From Octopus vulgaris (taxonomy: Eukaryota): a stretch of 64,000 nt of DNA. The stretch is from positions 90,024,001 through 90,088,000 of the forward strand of contig OX597815.1 of NCBI GenBank assembly GCA_951406725.2, given 5' to 3'. Shown one piece after another: positions 38,899-52,749 of the stretch (position 1 is the first letter of the stretch; every line of letters begins with the position of its first letter). Below the pieces are notes generated by a model. It was not told where the DNA came from and did no database searches. It worked only from the letters and a program-made list of their open reading frames with translations. The translations under genes were made by a program, and so were the position numbers.

Positions 38899-40853
38899 CA
38901 CTAGGGAACAAATAAAATTTGAATTTTTTGGTGCCTCAGGTTTTAGACCTTATTTTAGGTATATTCAATCCTCCGAATAAGAATATGCACTACATTTCTT
39001 TCAAGCTGCTCTTCCTTTTGAGATAATGTTCCGCTGCCCACACATAAATCTGGGATTGGCCGCTGATAGCAGTATTATAGATTAAGAGACTGTCTGCATT
39101 ATATTTAACAAATATTTGAATATACATTCAGGGAAGAGAAAATCCATTTCTGTTTTTGTGAAAAGGGCATACTTAAGTGATTTCAAAATAAAACTAGGGG
39201 ACCAAGGTAAGATAGGGAGTAGGTACATTGTCTGTAAAACTTGTATTAAGCATCTCAGTAGCAGACAAATGGTACGAGGAAATTTCTGAAATTTGATATA
39301 CTAATGGTGTGGTTAATATAAAGGGCATTAATGGACGTAATCGGAGTAAATGGATGCCTTAGACTCGACAAAACGACTTGTTGTTTTACACTCAGAGCAA
39401 ACACCAGTCCCATCATTCATTAATCTAGAAGAGCTCCCTGAAGTAGATGAATCATGTGCGTCAACTGCAAATAGTAGTCATGATGCCAGTGATTTTGAAG
39501 GGACCTCATCAGTGATACAGGTTTTTAATCAGCCAGTGGTCAACGACCTCGTTTGAGAGCTAAATCTCTCAAAGAAACCAGCAAGCAGAATTGTTGGCAT
39601 CTAGACTAGCAGACAAGAATTTATTGCATCCGGAAACCAAAATCACACACTATCAAATAGAGAAAGAGATTTCTGCCGTTCTTCTCGGAGGAAAGTGATT
39701 TTTTCTTTTCCAGCAATGTTCAATATCTACCAAGCGAATGACAGCTCTTCATAGACAGTTTTAATTACAGCTTAAAATGTGCGCTTCTACACAATGGAAA
39801 CAAATATGAATTAATCTCAATTGGTCACTGAACTAAGATGACTGAAGTGCAAAACACAATTATCCCACAGAAAATATACGATGATCACCAGCGAGGTTCT
39901 AAAGATGGTGAATTTCTCCTGAGCCAGCAGTGTGGATACACTAAGTATCCCTGCTTTATATCTCTATTGGATAGTAGACATGCGGAAGAGCACTGGGTGA
40001 AAAAACAGTGGTCTCTGACAGAAAACATAGTAGGAGGCGAAAAGAACGTGATTTCAGAACCATTAGTTGACAAGAACAAGATAGTTTTACAACCATTGCA
40101 CCTCAAATTATGTTTAATGAAACAGTTTGTAGAGGAGAGATGCTTTGGCTACATCTACAGACAATTTCCAGCGTTGAGCATGGGGAGGCTGAAGGCAGGT
40201 ATATTTGACGGTCCGCAAATCAGAAAACTCATGAAAGATCCACATTTCAAAGTTTCGATGAACAATGCTGAGGCAGATACATGTTCTACTTTCACTATGG
40301 TTGTACAGAATATTTTCTGGAAATATAGAGCAGATAATTACAATGAGCAATTACAGAGAATGACGTCTTCCCGTCAACTTGGCTGTACAATGAGTATCAA
40401 GATGCGTTATCTTCGCAGCCGCTTGGATTGTTTCCCGAAAGACCTTGGTGACCTACGCGAAGAGCAGGGTGAACGATTTCACCTAGATTTGAGAACCATG
40501 GAAGAAAGGTACCAGGGACACTGGGATACCAACGTGATGGCAGCTCACCGCAAGAAGTAAATGAACAGTGTATGAATGACAACTTTCTATGCTTGTTTCA
40601 TTGTCTAATTCTTTGTTGTAAATAAAATAAATTTATGTGTATGAATTCGTTTTATAAATCCAGAAGGTAAAAATAATGATTTACAAGCATCAATCATAGT
40701 ATCCGATCGGTAGAATGCATTAAAATTAGGGGTATATCATATCTCATTAATCAGCGGTAATGGACAAAAACTAATGGCATATTTAGAATAAGAGACCAAA
40801 ACGTAGCTAAAAGACGAATCTAACGTCTCAGGCACCAATGTTTACGTTCCCCA

Positions 40854-40856
<3 letters not shown>
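38899..40856 (+). mobile_element. Chapaev3-like (CMC superfamily) DNA transposon with decayed transposase
   Basis: TIRs CACTAGGGAAC...TTGGTGCCT and AGGCACCAA...GTTCCCCAGTG. ORF 39838..40560 has GYTKYPCF, PLHLKLCLMKQFV, LKAGIFDGPQIRKL and EEQGERFH...MEERYQG. Family name is from recalled motifs. Confidence 0.7.
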
Positions 40857-40914
<58 letters not shown>

Positions 40915-40968
40915 TATATACATATATGGATACACAAACACAAACACACACACATATACATATATATA

Positions 40969-42239
40969 TCAGGTCATTCCATAAGTTCTGTCCGATTTTA
41001 CCTTTTTTAGAATTGAATGAAATTTAATAATATTTTAGAATGTCTAATGGAATTAAAAATTATTTTTATGCATTTGTTTACATTTAAACTAATTAAATAT
41101 TATTTTACAGAATAATAGAATTAAGCTTTCTTTGATTAAAACTCTTTCTAACATGGAAGTATCCAAAGAGCATTTGAGACACATAATAATTTATGAGTGC
41201 AAAAAGAGAAACTCTGCAGCCGAAGCGACTCGAAACATACACTCAGTTTATGAGAAAGAGTGCTTGAATGAAAGAACTTGTAGAAGATGGTTTGCAAAAT
41301 TCAGAAGTGGAGATTTCAGCCTTGAAGATGAAGATCGAACAAGACGTCCAGTTGAGTTTGATGATAAGTTCCATGAAGTATTACTTGAAGAAAATCCTGC
41401 ATTATCAGTTGAAGAATTGACAATAAAGCTTAGTTCAAACTATACAACTGTTCATCGTCATCTTCAACAACTTGGAAAATGGGTGCCCCATGAATTGTCC
41501 GAAAGCAACCGCAAATCCCGAATTGACATGTGCTCTTCTCTCTATTATCTCGAAATTATTTCACCCTTTTTGGATATACGTGTGAATAGTGACGAAAAAT
41601 GGATCTTCTATCGAAATGTCAAACATCGTAAACAGTGGTTTGGTAAGAGGGAAAAAACTCAACCACAACCGAGAAAGGATCTTCACGGGAAAATGGCTAT
41701 TCTCTCTAGCTGGTCGGATTGTAAAGGCGTATTTCACTTTGAATTATTACTACTTAATGCAACAATCAATACTCAATTCTACTCTCAGCAATTAGAGCGT
41801 TTGAACTAAGCTTTGAAGAAAAAAGACCCGCTTCAGTGAATCGAAAAGGGGTGATGTTTCATCAGAACAATGCGCGACCCCACACTGCAAAGATCACATC
41901 ACAGAAGATCGAAGAGCTTGTTTGGGAAAAAAATTCCTCATCCACCTTATTCACCCGACCTTGCTCTTTCAGACTATCATTTGTTTCGTAGTTTACAGAA
42001 TCATATGGGGGACATAACTTTCGCAAGCCAGGAGGAGGTCGAACCTGACATTCCAGAGTTCTTTGCTTTGAAACCAAAAGAGTTTTACATTGATGGGATT
42101 AAAAAGCTAGTAAATAGATGGAAGGAAATCATAGATAATCAGGGAAAAGTACATTGATGAATTAATTTCAATTAAATATAACATTTGATCACTTGTCTCC
42201 TTTATTCAAAATTCGGACAGAACTTATGGGATGACCTGA
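40969..42239 (+). mobile_element. Full-length mariner element (1271 bp)
   Basis: TIRs TCAGGTCATTCCATAAGTTCTGTCCGA and TCGGACAGAACTTATGGGATGACCTGA, TA on both sides. Confidence 0.95.
41153..42157 (+). pseudogene. Mariner D,D34D transposase pseudogene
   Basis: WVPHEL, DEKWI, HQNNARPH (second D changed to N), HPPYSPDLALSDYHLF; premature TAA at 41807..41809 and a frameshift near 41925. Confidence 0.92.
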
Positions 42240-42242
42240 TAT

Positions 42243-43518
42243 ATGACAGAAGTAAATACACACACTCTCGCGCACGCAGGCACGCACACACATGACAGAA
42301 GTAGATAGGCACCACCTATCATTAAATTTTCTTTAAATCTGAAATTATAAATCCAAATTATTTATTAATTGTTATAATATGAATATTTAATATTTAGTAG
42401 ACATTCCCTTTGCATTTTTCAACGTAATGATGATCATATTTGGCATGTTACTGATCAGATGACGAATATTCACTTGCGGAATTTCTTGCCAAGTTTCAAG
42501 CAGTAATCTCAAAATATCTTGCGTTGAAGATGCTTTTTTGTTCTTTTTATTAAGTGCCTTGTCCATTATATCCTAGATGTATTCAATAAGGTTCATACAT
42601 GGTGACTGGCTTGGCCATGGAAGCTTTCTAATGTTTTTCTCACCGAACAAATCTTGGATCATTTTAGCCGTGTGACAAGGAGCCCCATCTTCCATAAATA
42701 AAGTATCTTTAATCTTTTCCCCACTGGAGAAAATTGGAAGGAGTTCATTCTACAATATGGACATATATTTATCTGATTTTATATTTCCCACACATTTCAC
42801 CAGCTCTGATCAACCATTGCTCCAAATTGCTCCCCAGACCATCACAGAATAGCTGCCGTGTTTCATTGTTGGCTTCAATCTTTTCACATCAATTCTCATC
42901 ACAGAGTCTCCAGACCCATACTCGACCACTGTCAGGACATACAGCAAATCTGCACTCATCAGAGAATATGAAAGTGTCTCAAAATGCTAGTGCCTCTCCA
43001 CCATCTCACTGGCCCAATCTTTTCATGGCTTTATTTTGGCAGGTCGAAGAAGCGACTTCTTTTTTGCTGCTCTGTCATAGTAACCAAGTTTGTGCAGCTA
43101 CCTGCCTGCTGTTCTGGGACTGACATCAGCTTGTTCTGCTATGTCAGAGTCCTTGCAACGAGGGTTATCCTCCACACTTCCCTGAGTAAAAAGAAGAGTC
43201 CTGTCAGAGGCCTTGATTGATCTGGGTGAGGTGATGTGGACAACTTTCTCTCTCTGGTGAATTACACAATCACTCTATTAACTGTAGAAAGTGGGATGCC
43301 TTGGTTTTGTGCGATTTTGCGCTATGTCCATCTACAGAATGACCCACAGTACGGATTCTTTGAAATACAGAGAGTTCCAAGGATTTTTGTACATGGCATG
43401 ATTAAAGTCACATATAGAACTTGAAACATTAAAATGTCAATTAATGAAAAATAAACATTTACAAGTTAGAATAAGCATAAAACGATGTTTTATGGCGTGA
43501 CTATTTACTTCTATTATA
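42243..43518 (-). mobile_element. Tc1-family (DD34E) element, decayed
   Basis: Minus strand [35 protein letters not shown]-like TGACAGAAGTAAATA (42244, similar motif at 42293) versus CTATTTACTTCTATTA (43501). Confidence 0.8.
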
Positions 43519-44282
43519 TATATACACACGCACATATACATTTATATATGCATATACATGTACATATGCTTAAGCATTCCTACATGCACATACACACATA
43601 CATACACGTAATTTCTTGAACGATGCAGGTGTTTATTCCGACGAGAGTAAAAGCAGCCAATTAGCATAAATAATCTTCCCAAAAATGAAGAGTAATTAAA
43701 GTTCAAGCAATCAAGTCAATGTCATATGCTACATAATTAATTATGTTAATCATACTTATTCTGTAATTAATAATTAATTAATTAATTCTACTCTATTCAA
43801 AGTCAATTGAAATTTCTTTTGGCCATATATTTTCTCAAAAATTATTTATTCAAACCTTTTGGCGTGCTTGTAAAGTGTTTTACTATCTTTGGAATGCTAT
43901 TAATTATTATGTGCAGTAAATGTGACCCTGTGGATACCCGACATAATTACCATTTGATCATCAACGGTTAATAATAACTCTAGCAGAAATTGCTTTAATT
44001 GCTGTGCATGTCTTAATATGAAGACACATGGCATAATAAGGTTTGAATATTTATTAGTATCTTCTTTAATAGATAAAGGAAAGATGAAGAGGGAGTATAT
44101 ATGACATCATGTAGTTTCATGTAGCTTGCTAGTGAGAGATGTAGTTTGTAGAAGGAGAAAGCTATTTAGTGAGTCATGTTAAAAATGAAACTCATTGAGA
44201 CAGATATTTTGAAAATAGCGTAATTCAAGTCTTTACAAAACCCATAACTATTCTCACATATCTTCAAAATATAGTTATACAT

Positions 44283-44525
44283 ACTCTTTACTCTTTCACT
44301 TGTTTCAGTCATGTGACTGTGGCCATGCTGGAGCACCGCCTTTAGTCGATCAAATCGACCCCAGGACTTATTCTTTGTAAGACTAGTACTTATTTTATCG
44401 GTCTCTTTTTTGCCGAACCGCTACGTTACGGAGATGTAAACACACCAGCAACGTTTGTCAAGCGATGTCGGGGGGACAAACACAGACACGCAAACACGCA
44501 CATACATATATATATATATATACAT

Positions 44526-44586
<61 letters not shown>

Positions 44587-44751
44587 TACGACGAGCTTCT
44601 GTCAGTTTCCGTCTACCAAATCCACTCACAAGGCTTTGGTCGGCTGGAGACTGTAGTAGAAGATATCTACCCAAGGTGCCACGCAGTGGGACTGAACCCG
44701 GAACCATGTGGTTCGTAAGCAAGCTACTTACCACACGGCCACTCCTACGCC
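44283..44751 (-). mobile_element. SINE family A, full length
   Basis: Reverse complement is colinear with 7777..8240, including head, internal microsatellite and tail. Confidence 0.9.
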
Positions 44752-45234
44752 TGTGATTAATTAATAAATGAATACGCATAATGGTATTTTTTCGTTATTT
44801 TTCTATTTTTTAAAGTTGAAAGTATTTAGAAACTTCCCATGCCAAGTTCAGCAGTATATACTTTTTTATAATCTCATTTTCAGTTTACAATATAGTGGGG
44901 TGGGGGGGATAGACCATGAACCACTGCTTCTTGGCATGATTGAAGGCAAATGCGTATGTAGACGTATTGCTAATTAAAATCAACAAATGTGTCTTATTAT
45001 TTTATTGGTTATTGCAGCTATATTAGACCATACGATTTATCGATTTCAATTCGTATATTATTGAGTTTGAAAATGGAAGAATTTCAACTGAACACACAAA
45101 TTTGAAATTAAATATAAATGGGCGTGACCAAATAGCAAAATTCATTTCAGCGATTTCACTTTCTACGCCCATTCCATATCTATCTGTGAAGCTATCTATC
45201 CATTTACGTAATTATCTATCCAGCCATCACTGCG

Positions 45235-45267
<33 letters not shown>

Positions 45268-45891
45268 ATATTCTGTGTGTATGGATAGTTTGATTTGTAG
45301 CAGTGTAAGATTTTCGGTGCTAATAAAAGAAGTTAGAATTCTGACGATGCGAGATTCCACGGAGTTTCTGCTATGATAAAAGAAATCCAGAAAATTTTTG
45401 AAAAATAACATTTACCCCCCTTGGAGTGGCCACCTGTGTTTGCCATTTCTAAAAGCCAAGAATCACTTCCTATTGAAAGAACTGACCAGCTGCAAAGATG
45501 TCAACACATTTTTTCCTATTTCTCTCTTCCTTCTTCCTCCTCTTTTCCATTGACATTCTTTTCTTATACAAAAACGCGCGCGCGCACTCTCTTTCACTTT
45601 TCCCTATTCTTCATCCTATTGTACTATCTTATATCTCCCTCCTCCTTCCCGCACTCAATAATACTACAATAAGAGACAAATTTCCTGAAAATGTTCAATC
45701 TGAAGACTCCACTAGAGCGGACGCAGGCGCTAATATTTGATTTATACAAACATGTGACGTTAATAAATATCTGTAAATATAAAACCATCTAGATTTCCGA
45801 GTACCTTATTTCTTCTAATACATAATATCTGTACATCATCTCCAAACATTCTAACATATATATATATACATACATATATATATATATATAC

Positions 45892-45971
<80 letters not shown>

Positions 45972-46301
45972 CATTTTGTCACAAACAAAATTGGATGATA
46001 TGCTTGTATTTTAGATTTCCTCTCAGAGGTATGTATCATATAATGTCAATATAACACCGGGTGCATACTAAGAATTCCAATTCCTATAAACAAAGAAAGT
46101 CACAGCTATAGTACAAGAGCAGCAAGTAGTAAACAGTGGAACTAAGACTCATGCAATTATTGGATTCCACTGATGATGGGTTGAATTAAACTCTTTGGAA
46201 ATGCAAAAATCAGGTTCAGGTTAAGATCCAAGCTGCAAGCGTAGAGCTAAACAATTATTTATAACCAATGAATTTATATATCGAATACAAAATATAACAT
46301 A

Positions 46302-46332
<31 letters not shown>

Positions 46333-46362
46333 ACTAGACAGCCAGTCAGACAGACATTCAGG

Positions 46363-46429
<67 letters not shown>

Positions 46430-48454
46430 ATAGATAAATAGATTTTGTGTTTTTAATATTAGATATACGAATATTACAGTGAGACTTAGTGCTAAACATT
46501 GTCAATCATTATGCTGTCAGGTACTAGTATAGTGGTTAATTGATGACTGTGATTAGCAGTTGATACTCGTTATGACTTACAGAGCATTCAAGGGCGTCCA
46601 AATTGACCTGGAACATCTAGTTCTGAGTTCCTAATAACTACAATGGGGAAACATGTGTACGAACTAATTTATACTGGCTTTTATCTTAATTTACATAACT
46701 CCCATGTTTGAAGTTGTGTAACGATATTGTATATTGAGAAAAATGAGGCATTGAGAATTGTGGGATAACTCTTTATTAGCTCTTTTGTTCATTTATCGAA
46801 CTCCTCAAGACATAATCAAGATCGCTATTTTGATTTTGTCTTGACGAACGAAAGCGGTAATAAGGATTTATCCAAAATTCTGACTGACTATTCAGATAGA
46901 CAAACATTTCTTCAGAATTTATGCATGAATCAACAGTAAAATGAGGCAGTCGAAAGCTAGAAGTGTCTCAGGGTATCATATTTATTGATAAGCCGTTAGA
47001 AGAAATATCTTAAGACATAACTACGAGGTGTAGTATGATGATCAGTGACATTTTGCCAGTCATTCATATTTTTTGTGGGTGTGGTCTAAGATATTAGTGT
47101 ACATAGCATTAGCACCGACACAGTACTCAAAGTATAGGTTTTGAAGCAAGTAGCGAGGAAGAGATGGTTATAACAGAATGAGTGAAATGCTTAATCCTCT
47201 TCCAAAGAAATATTGGCATCTCGAACATTAACCATGCCATTAACTATCATATACAACCGTCAATACTACCAATTAGATATAAACCACTCGCCTTGTATGA
47301 GAAATCAAATAAAATTCAATTTGCATTCTTTTTCTATTTTGTTTTTGTGTAGAAAGTAAATGATTGAATTTTTCAATCAAAATGGCATGCCAAGTTTGAG
47401 TGATTTGTCTAAAAATTTTAACACGGTATTATTATGGAGTTGACACTAATAGGCATGTAAATTAAATTGTATGCTCTTAGTTGCTCCCTTATAAAAGAAA
47501 TCGTATATTCCGCCCTCACTTGTCAAACATAAAATATAAATCTACTCCTTTGGAGCCAGTTTAATTCTATTGGGATGCCATTTAAATGGTGATTGAATTG
47601 ATACGAGTGCATTGAGACGAAGGACTCGATTGACAGCTACTGACGATCTTTGACTTCGTAACGATAACGTACAGTATTCATCAAAACAAGAATTATTACA
47701 TTGGACCCCTTTGCCCCAAACTTTCTAACAATAAATATTTTGTTGTAAGACAGTATAAACCGCTCTGATGATGTGCTACAATTGCTCTTAGAACATGTAG
47801 AAGCAAGTTGTATCAACTGTCCTGTCAATAGAGCATTTTTAAATGTTATGGAATTACGTTCATATGATTCCTTCAGAGTTCAAAAGTTTAGCTGCGTGAT
47901 ATGGCAAGATATGGTATTAAATTTGATAAGAAATGACATGACGAATTGCTTAAAATTATGTATTGGTGAAAGATGGAGACAATAGTCTCTCCTATATAAG
48001 ATTTTCTATAAAGTTCATGAAAATTTTGTGTGGGACTGTTAACACAAACACTCACATACAAACAGACACACACATATACACACGCGTTGCTTTATTAATT
48101 TGTTTTATCAGATGTACAAATATTTGAAATTAATGTCTGCACCATAGAATATGTAATTAGCATTATTACATTGATACTTATACACATATAAATGTAGATA
48201 ATAACTTACTAATTAATCCTTGTGTAGTGTATTAAGAAACATCATATTAATTGTGGAAAGCAAAACTAGCTTGAAAAGATGAGTAAAACTATTTAGTGGT
48301 GTATACGCTTTAAAATCAAACAGAAAACTTCGATTGGACATCAATAGTGCCACTGCTACTAGTATTAGATATAATACAACAATTATTCCTGCAACTACTG
48401 CCACTAAGTCTACTTTGTTGCTACTGATACACTGCTAGCACGAATCATAATGTT

Positions 48455-48489
48455 GCTGCTGCTGCTACTACTACTACTACTACTACTGA

Positions 48490-48525
<36 letters not shown>

Positions 48526-48580
48526 TACTACGACTACTAATACTACTACCACTACTACTATTACTACTATTACTACTACT

Positions 48581-48610
<30 letters not shown>
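48455..48610. repeat. Compound (GCT)(ACT)n(AAT)n microsatellite
   Basis: Direct reading. Confidence 0.9.
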
Positions 48611-48611
<1 letters not shown>

Positions 48612-48629
48612 GTTTAGTAATAAAATAAA

Positions 48630-48826
48630 GATTCAAATGTTTGCACACGGTTAGCAGTTTCGGTAGATGTAATAGTCGAGTACTCAACCGGTACTTATTT
48701 TATCGAACCCTAGATAATGGAAGACAAACTCGGCCTCCACGGAATTGGAACTAAAAACGCAAAGACGGAAGAAATGCCGCTAAGCATTTTATCTGGGGTG
48801 CTAACAATTCTGCCAAATCACCGACC
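48630..48826 (-). mobile_element. SINE family B, near full length, diverged
   Basis: Minus strand GGTGATTTGGCAGAATTGTTAGCACCCCAGATAAAATGCTTAGCGGCATTTC...GATAAAATAAGTAC; weaker copies at ~49050..49190 and ~59458..59655. Confidence 0.7.
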
Positions 48827-49400
48827 TATATTAATTGACTAATGTCAATCATGGTACGGTAAACACGCCAAGGTACTGCTTTCATAAGTTTCAATCGATG
48901 TGTCATTGTCTCCGTAATGACAGAAAATAATATCGATTTAGTCACTTACATACAAAATATATACACACACATACACTCGCACACATAGTCTCACATGTAC
49001 ACACACGCACGTTTCTGTGTGACTATGTGCGTGTGTGTGTGTGTGTGGATAGCTCGGCAGATTTATCGAATCCTAAAGAATGATGAGCAAAGTCAGCTTC
49101 CGTGAAATTTGATTAAAACATGCAAAGATGAGGGAAATGTGACTCCGCACTTCACCCGGCGAGCTTAATGATTCTTTCACCACGTCGAGATATTATGCTC
49201 ATTTCAATCAATAACCAGATTTTATTGTTTTGGACTTTTACAATAATATATGGTTTAATAGCTTTGATTTTCTGGTCTGTGCTTACTGAAACATCGCGAA
49301 GTATCGTTCCATTATCTCCTCAGTTACAGAATCGGTGTGGTGCTTGTACCATTTTCAGCAGATTTTATAATGCCGACATATTATCTATTGTAGATATTGG

Positions 49401-49473
<73 letters not shown>

Positions 49474-49477
<4 letters not shown>

Positions 49478-50830
49478 TAGTTTTATTTTCATAGCGTGCT
49501 TTCTCTTAAAGTGTGCCATTCAGGCATTGTCCCTGGTTCTGCCAGAATGTCGTTAAAGTTTTCTGCCAGAATTTTGTGCATTCCCGTCAGATATTTCAAC
49601 CAGAAGTTGGGGATCATGTCGTGCCCAGGTGCCTTCCATTTGCTTAGTTTTTGCAGTGCTTGGGTGACCTCTTCAGTTGTTATGGGGGTCCAGAGTTGCT
49701 CAGATGCTAAGTTTGTTGTTTAAATAATCCTTTTCTGTGGTTGTTCATTCGCCGACCATATTTCTTTCCAGATTTCTTCCACTTCTTCTGCCGTTGGTGC
49801 TGCAGTGATGTCTACTTTATTTTTGCCAAGTTCTTAGTAGAACTTTTGGGGTTGGAGTTGAACTGTTTGTTTTGTTTAAAGAAACGTTGGCGTTTCTGAT
49901 ACCGGCGGATCCTTTGTGCTTTGGCAAGGATATCTTGCTTTAGCTTTTCTTTTAACTCAGGTAAATCTTTTTCTGTGATGTATTTGCACAGTATTTTTTT
50001 TTTGTTGCTTAGTAGCGTTGATTATCTACTAATTTCGTTAAGAATCGACAGCTCTTTTCTCATTTGAATGTTTTTGAGGGCGTATCCAGCTTCTTTTGTG
50101 GCTGCAGTGGCTGCTGCATATACTAAGTTATTTAGCTCAGTGATATCGCTATTTGTTTCAGTGGCTATTAGTTCCGTGACGGCCATGTTTATGCTATTTA
50201 TTATTGATGTTTTTTTGTCTATTTTGATTTTTGGGAGGTATGGTCGGTGGGCAATTCTGAGATCTGTGGTTTTATAGTATCATAATCATAATTATAGTAT
50301 CATAATCATTAGGCTCCCCTTCGTTGTTTCCAGGTTTTAGATTTGTTTCGCTTTCTTTCGTATTCGTATGTTTGTCTGTGGTGTTTTGGTTTGGTGCTTT
50401 TCGTACATTATTATGCATCCCTAGGGTCTGGGTTTGTTCTTTTTTGTTTACTTCGTTTTTGTTGGAAATGTTACATTTGTCTTCGTGTTTTACGATCTCA
50501 GTGTTTATATTATTTGGCATTGTTGTGGGGCTTCTATCTACATTTTCCTGATGTATTTTTTCTTTTAAATGTTTTATTTCTGTTTCTGATATTTTTTGAG
50601 TTGAGAATATATCTTCGTATGTTAGCTAGGTTATTAGAGTTCATTGCTGTATCCAAGTTTCTATTTATTTTTCTTCCATATTTTATATGTATATGTTGTT
50701 GTGTTTTCGTTCTTTGGGTAGTAAGCGTGTAAGATTGAAATATATTCCTCACGTGTCCATTTATGCCTGTTTTGGTTTTATTTGCGGGACATGAGGAACT
50801 ACGTGCGGCACTTTATTTTGACGGTCATCA
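49474..50830 (-). mobile_element. Internally deleted R4/Dong-like element ending in a (TAA)n array
   Basis: Minus strand SKWKAPGHDMIPNFWLKYLTGMH...PEW (start of the RT) runs into AGAAAGCACGCTATGAAAATAAAACTACTGA and then (ATA)n at 49403..49473. Confidence 0.7.
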
Positions 50831-51261
50831 TTGTCGTAGGGTAGCAATCAGTTCATTTCTGTTGGCACATCGTTTTTCACGTGTAGTTTTTCGTACGTTT
50901 GTGTAACAAGGTTAAAGTACGCACTTCTCGATTGCTATTCTTGGGTTCAATAATACCGCTATTTAATTTATTTATAATTTTGTGTACATGGTGTTTTGGG
51001 CAGGAGATGGTCTGGTGTTGATAGATCGTAATGTATCAAGCATGTTTACATGTACTGTGCGAGAGGTGGAGGTGATACCCAGTTAAAATTCATCATTTCA
51101 TTTGGAAAATAGTAATAACTTTCAATGAGTATTACTTACTCGGATATAGTCCAATCCTTTGTCAGCTAATTTTTGGCTCCATGCGATGTCTTTATTTCCT
51201 ATATTTGTGGATATATTTCGGAGCACTGTTTTATCGCTGTCATGTGTTAAACGTCCCCAGT

Positions 51262-51740
<479 letters not shown>

Positions 51741-52376
51741 GAGACGAGGAGCGCGATACGATTGTAATAGATATCTTGTAGGTTGAACGATATTTCAACT
51801 GTACGCCTGGCTTTGTCAAGTCAAAAATAAGAATTGATAAAAATTCAAAATTATAGAAGTTTAAATGTGATGTATGAACGAGAGCAGCCAGCGTCCAGAC
51901 GATGATAGATTGACAACATCAGTCTTTAAGTTTCAATTTTATAACAGGTGAAAAGAAAAGACGGAAAAAGAGAACAGAAAAAAAGACAGAAACAAAACAG
52001 AAAAAAAGAGAGAAGAAAAAGAGAAAAAGAAGAATATTTAATCACACAATTTTGTATAAATTTGGTGATATTCTCCTGTCATTTTCTTCATTCCTCCAAG
52101 GCGTGATGCTAATAACCAGCAAACATATTTCTCTTCATGCATTCTGAGAAGAGAAAGTAAAGCAGATTCAGAATAATTTATGAGAATATGCAATTTCAAG
52201 TTTGTTTTTTTTTTTTCAAGTATTTTTATCACTTCTTATTTTGAACTTGAAAAAGACAGATTTACTGTTGAAATAACGTCCAACCAATAAAACATCTATT
52301 ACACTCAAATCGCGCTCTTCGTCTTGACTGTTTACCTTTGTGAAGAGTTACGTCAATCCTTTTAAAAGTATTATAA

Positions 52377-52434
<58 letters not shown>

Positions 52435-52437
<3 letters not shown>

Positions 52438-52625
52438 GTTTGACTTTTGCTTTGTATTTGTACCAGTTGACTCCAAGTCCCACAAAGATATCTCAAGACA
52501 AGTTAGAAGTTCATGTTAGTGTTAGTGTTATGCTATTTGGTTTTGCATATAGTATTGTTCCAGAGGATGTTTAAGAAAACATAAGAAAATTATGAGTTTG
52601 TTTTAAAATTTGAGATTACATAGAC
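52435..52625 (-). mobile_element. R4/Dong-like 3' UTR with (TAA)n tail
   Basis: Reverse complement aligns to 60240..60435; array at 52377..52434 lies at its 3' end. Confidence 0.75.
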
Positions 52626-52749
52626 ACTATCATTATTATTGTTATTACTATAATTGAGATTCCATATACATTATTATTCTTATTGTTGTAGATTATTATC
52701 GAAACTATATTGGAGTGGCAAACATAGAAAAATTTGACATTGTTTCTGT

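Noticed and set aside
44283-44751. tRNA gene suggested by A/B boxes
   Set aside because: The boxes belong to the head of a dispersed SINE; no complete cloverleaf is evident.
45700-46210. CTGAAGA (45700) and CTGATGA (46170) cores
   Set aside because: GAAA and stem pairing are missing or misplaced.
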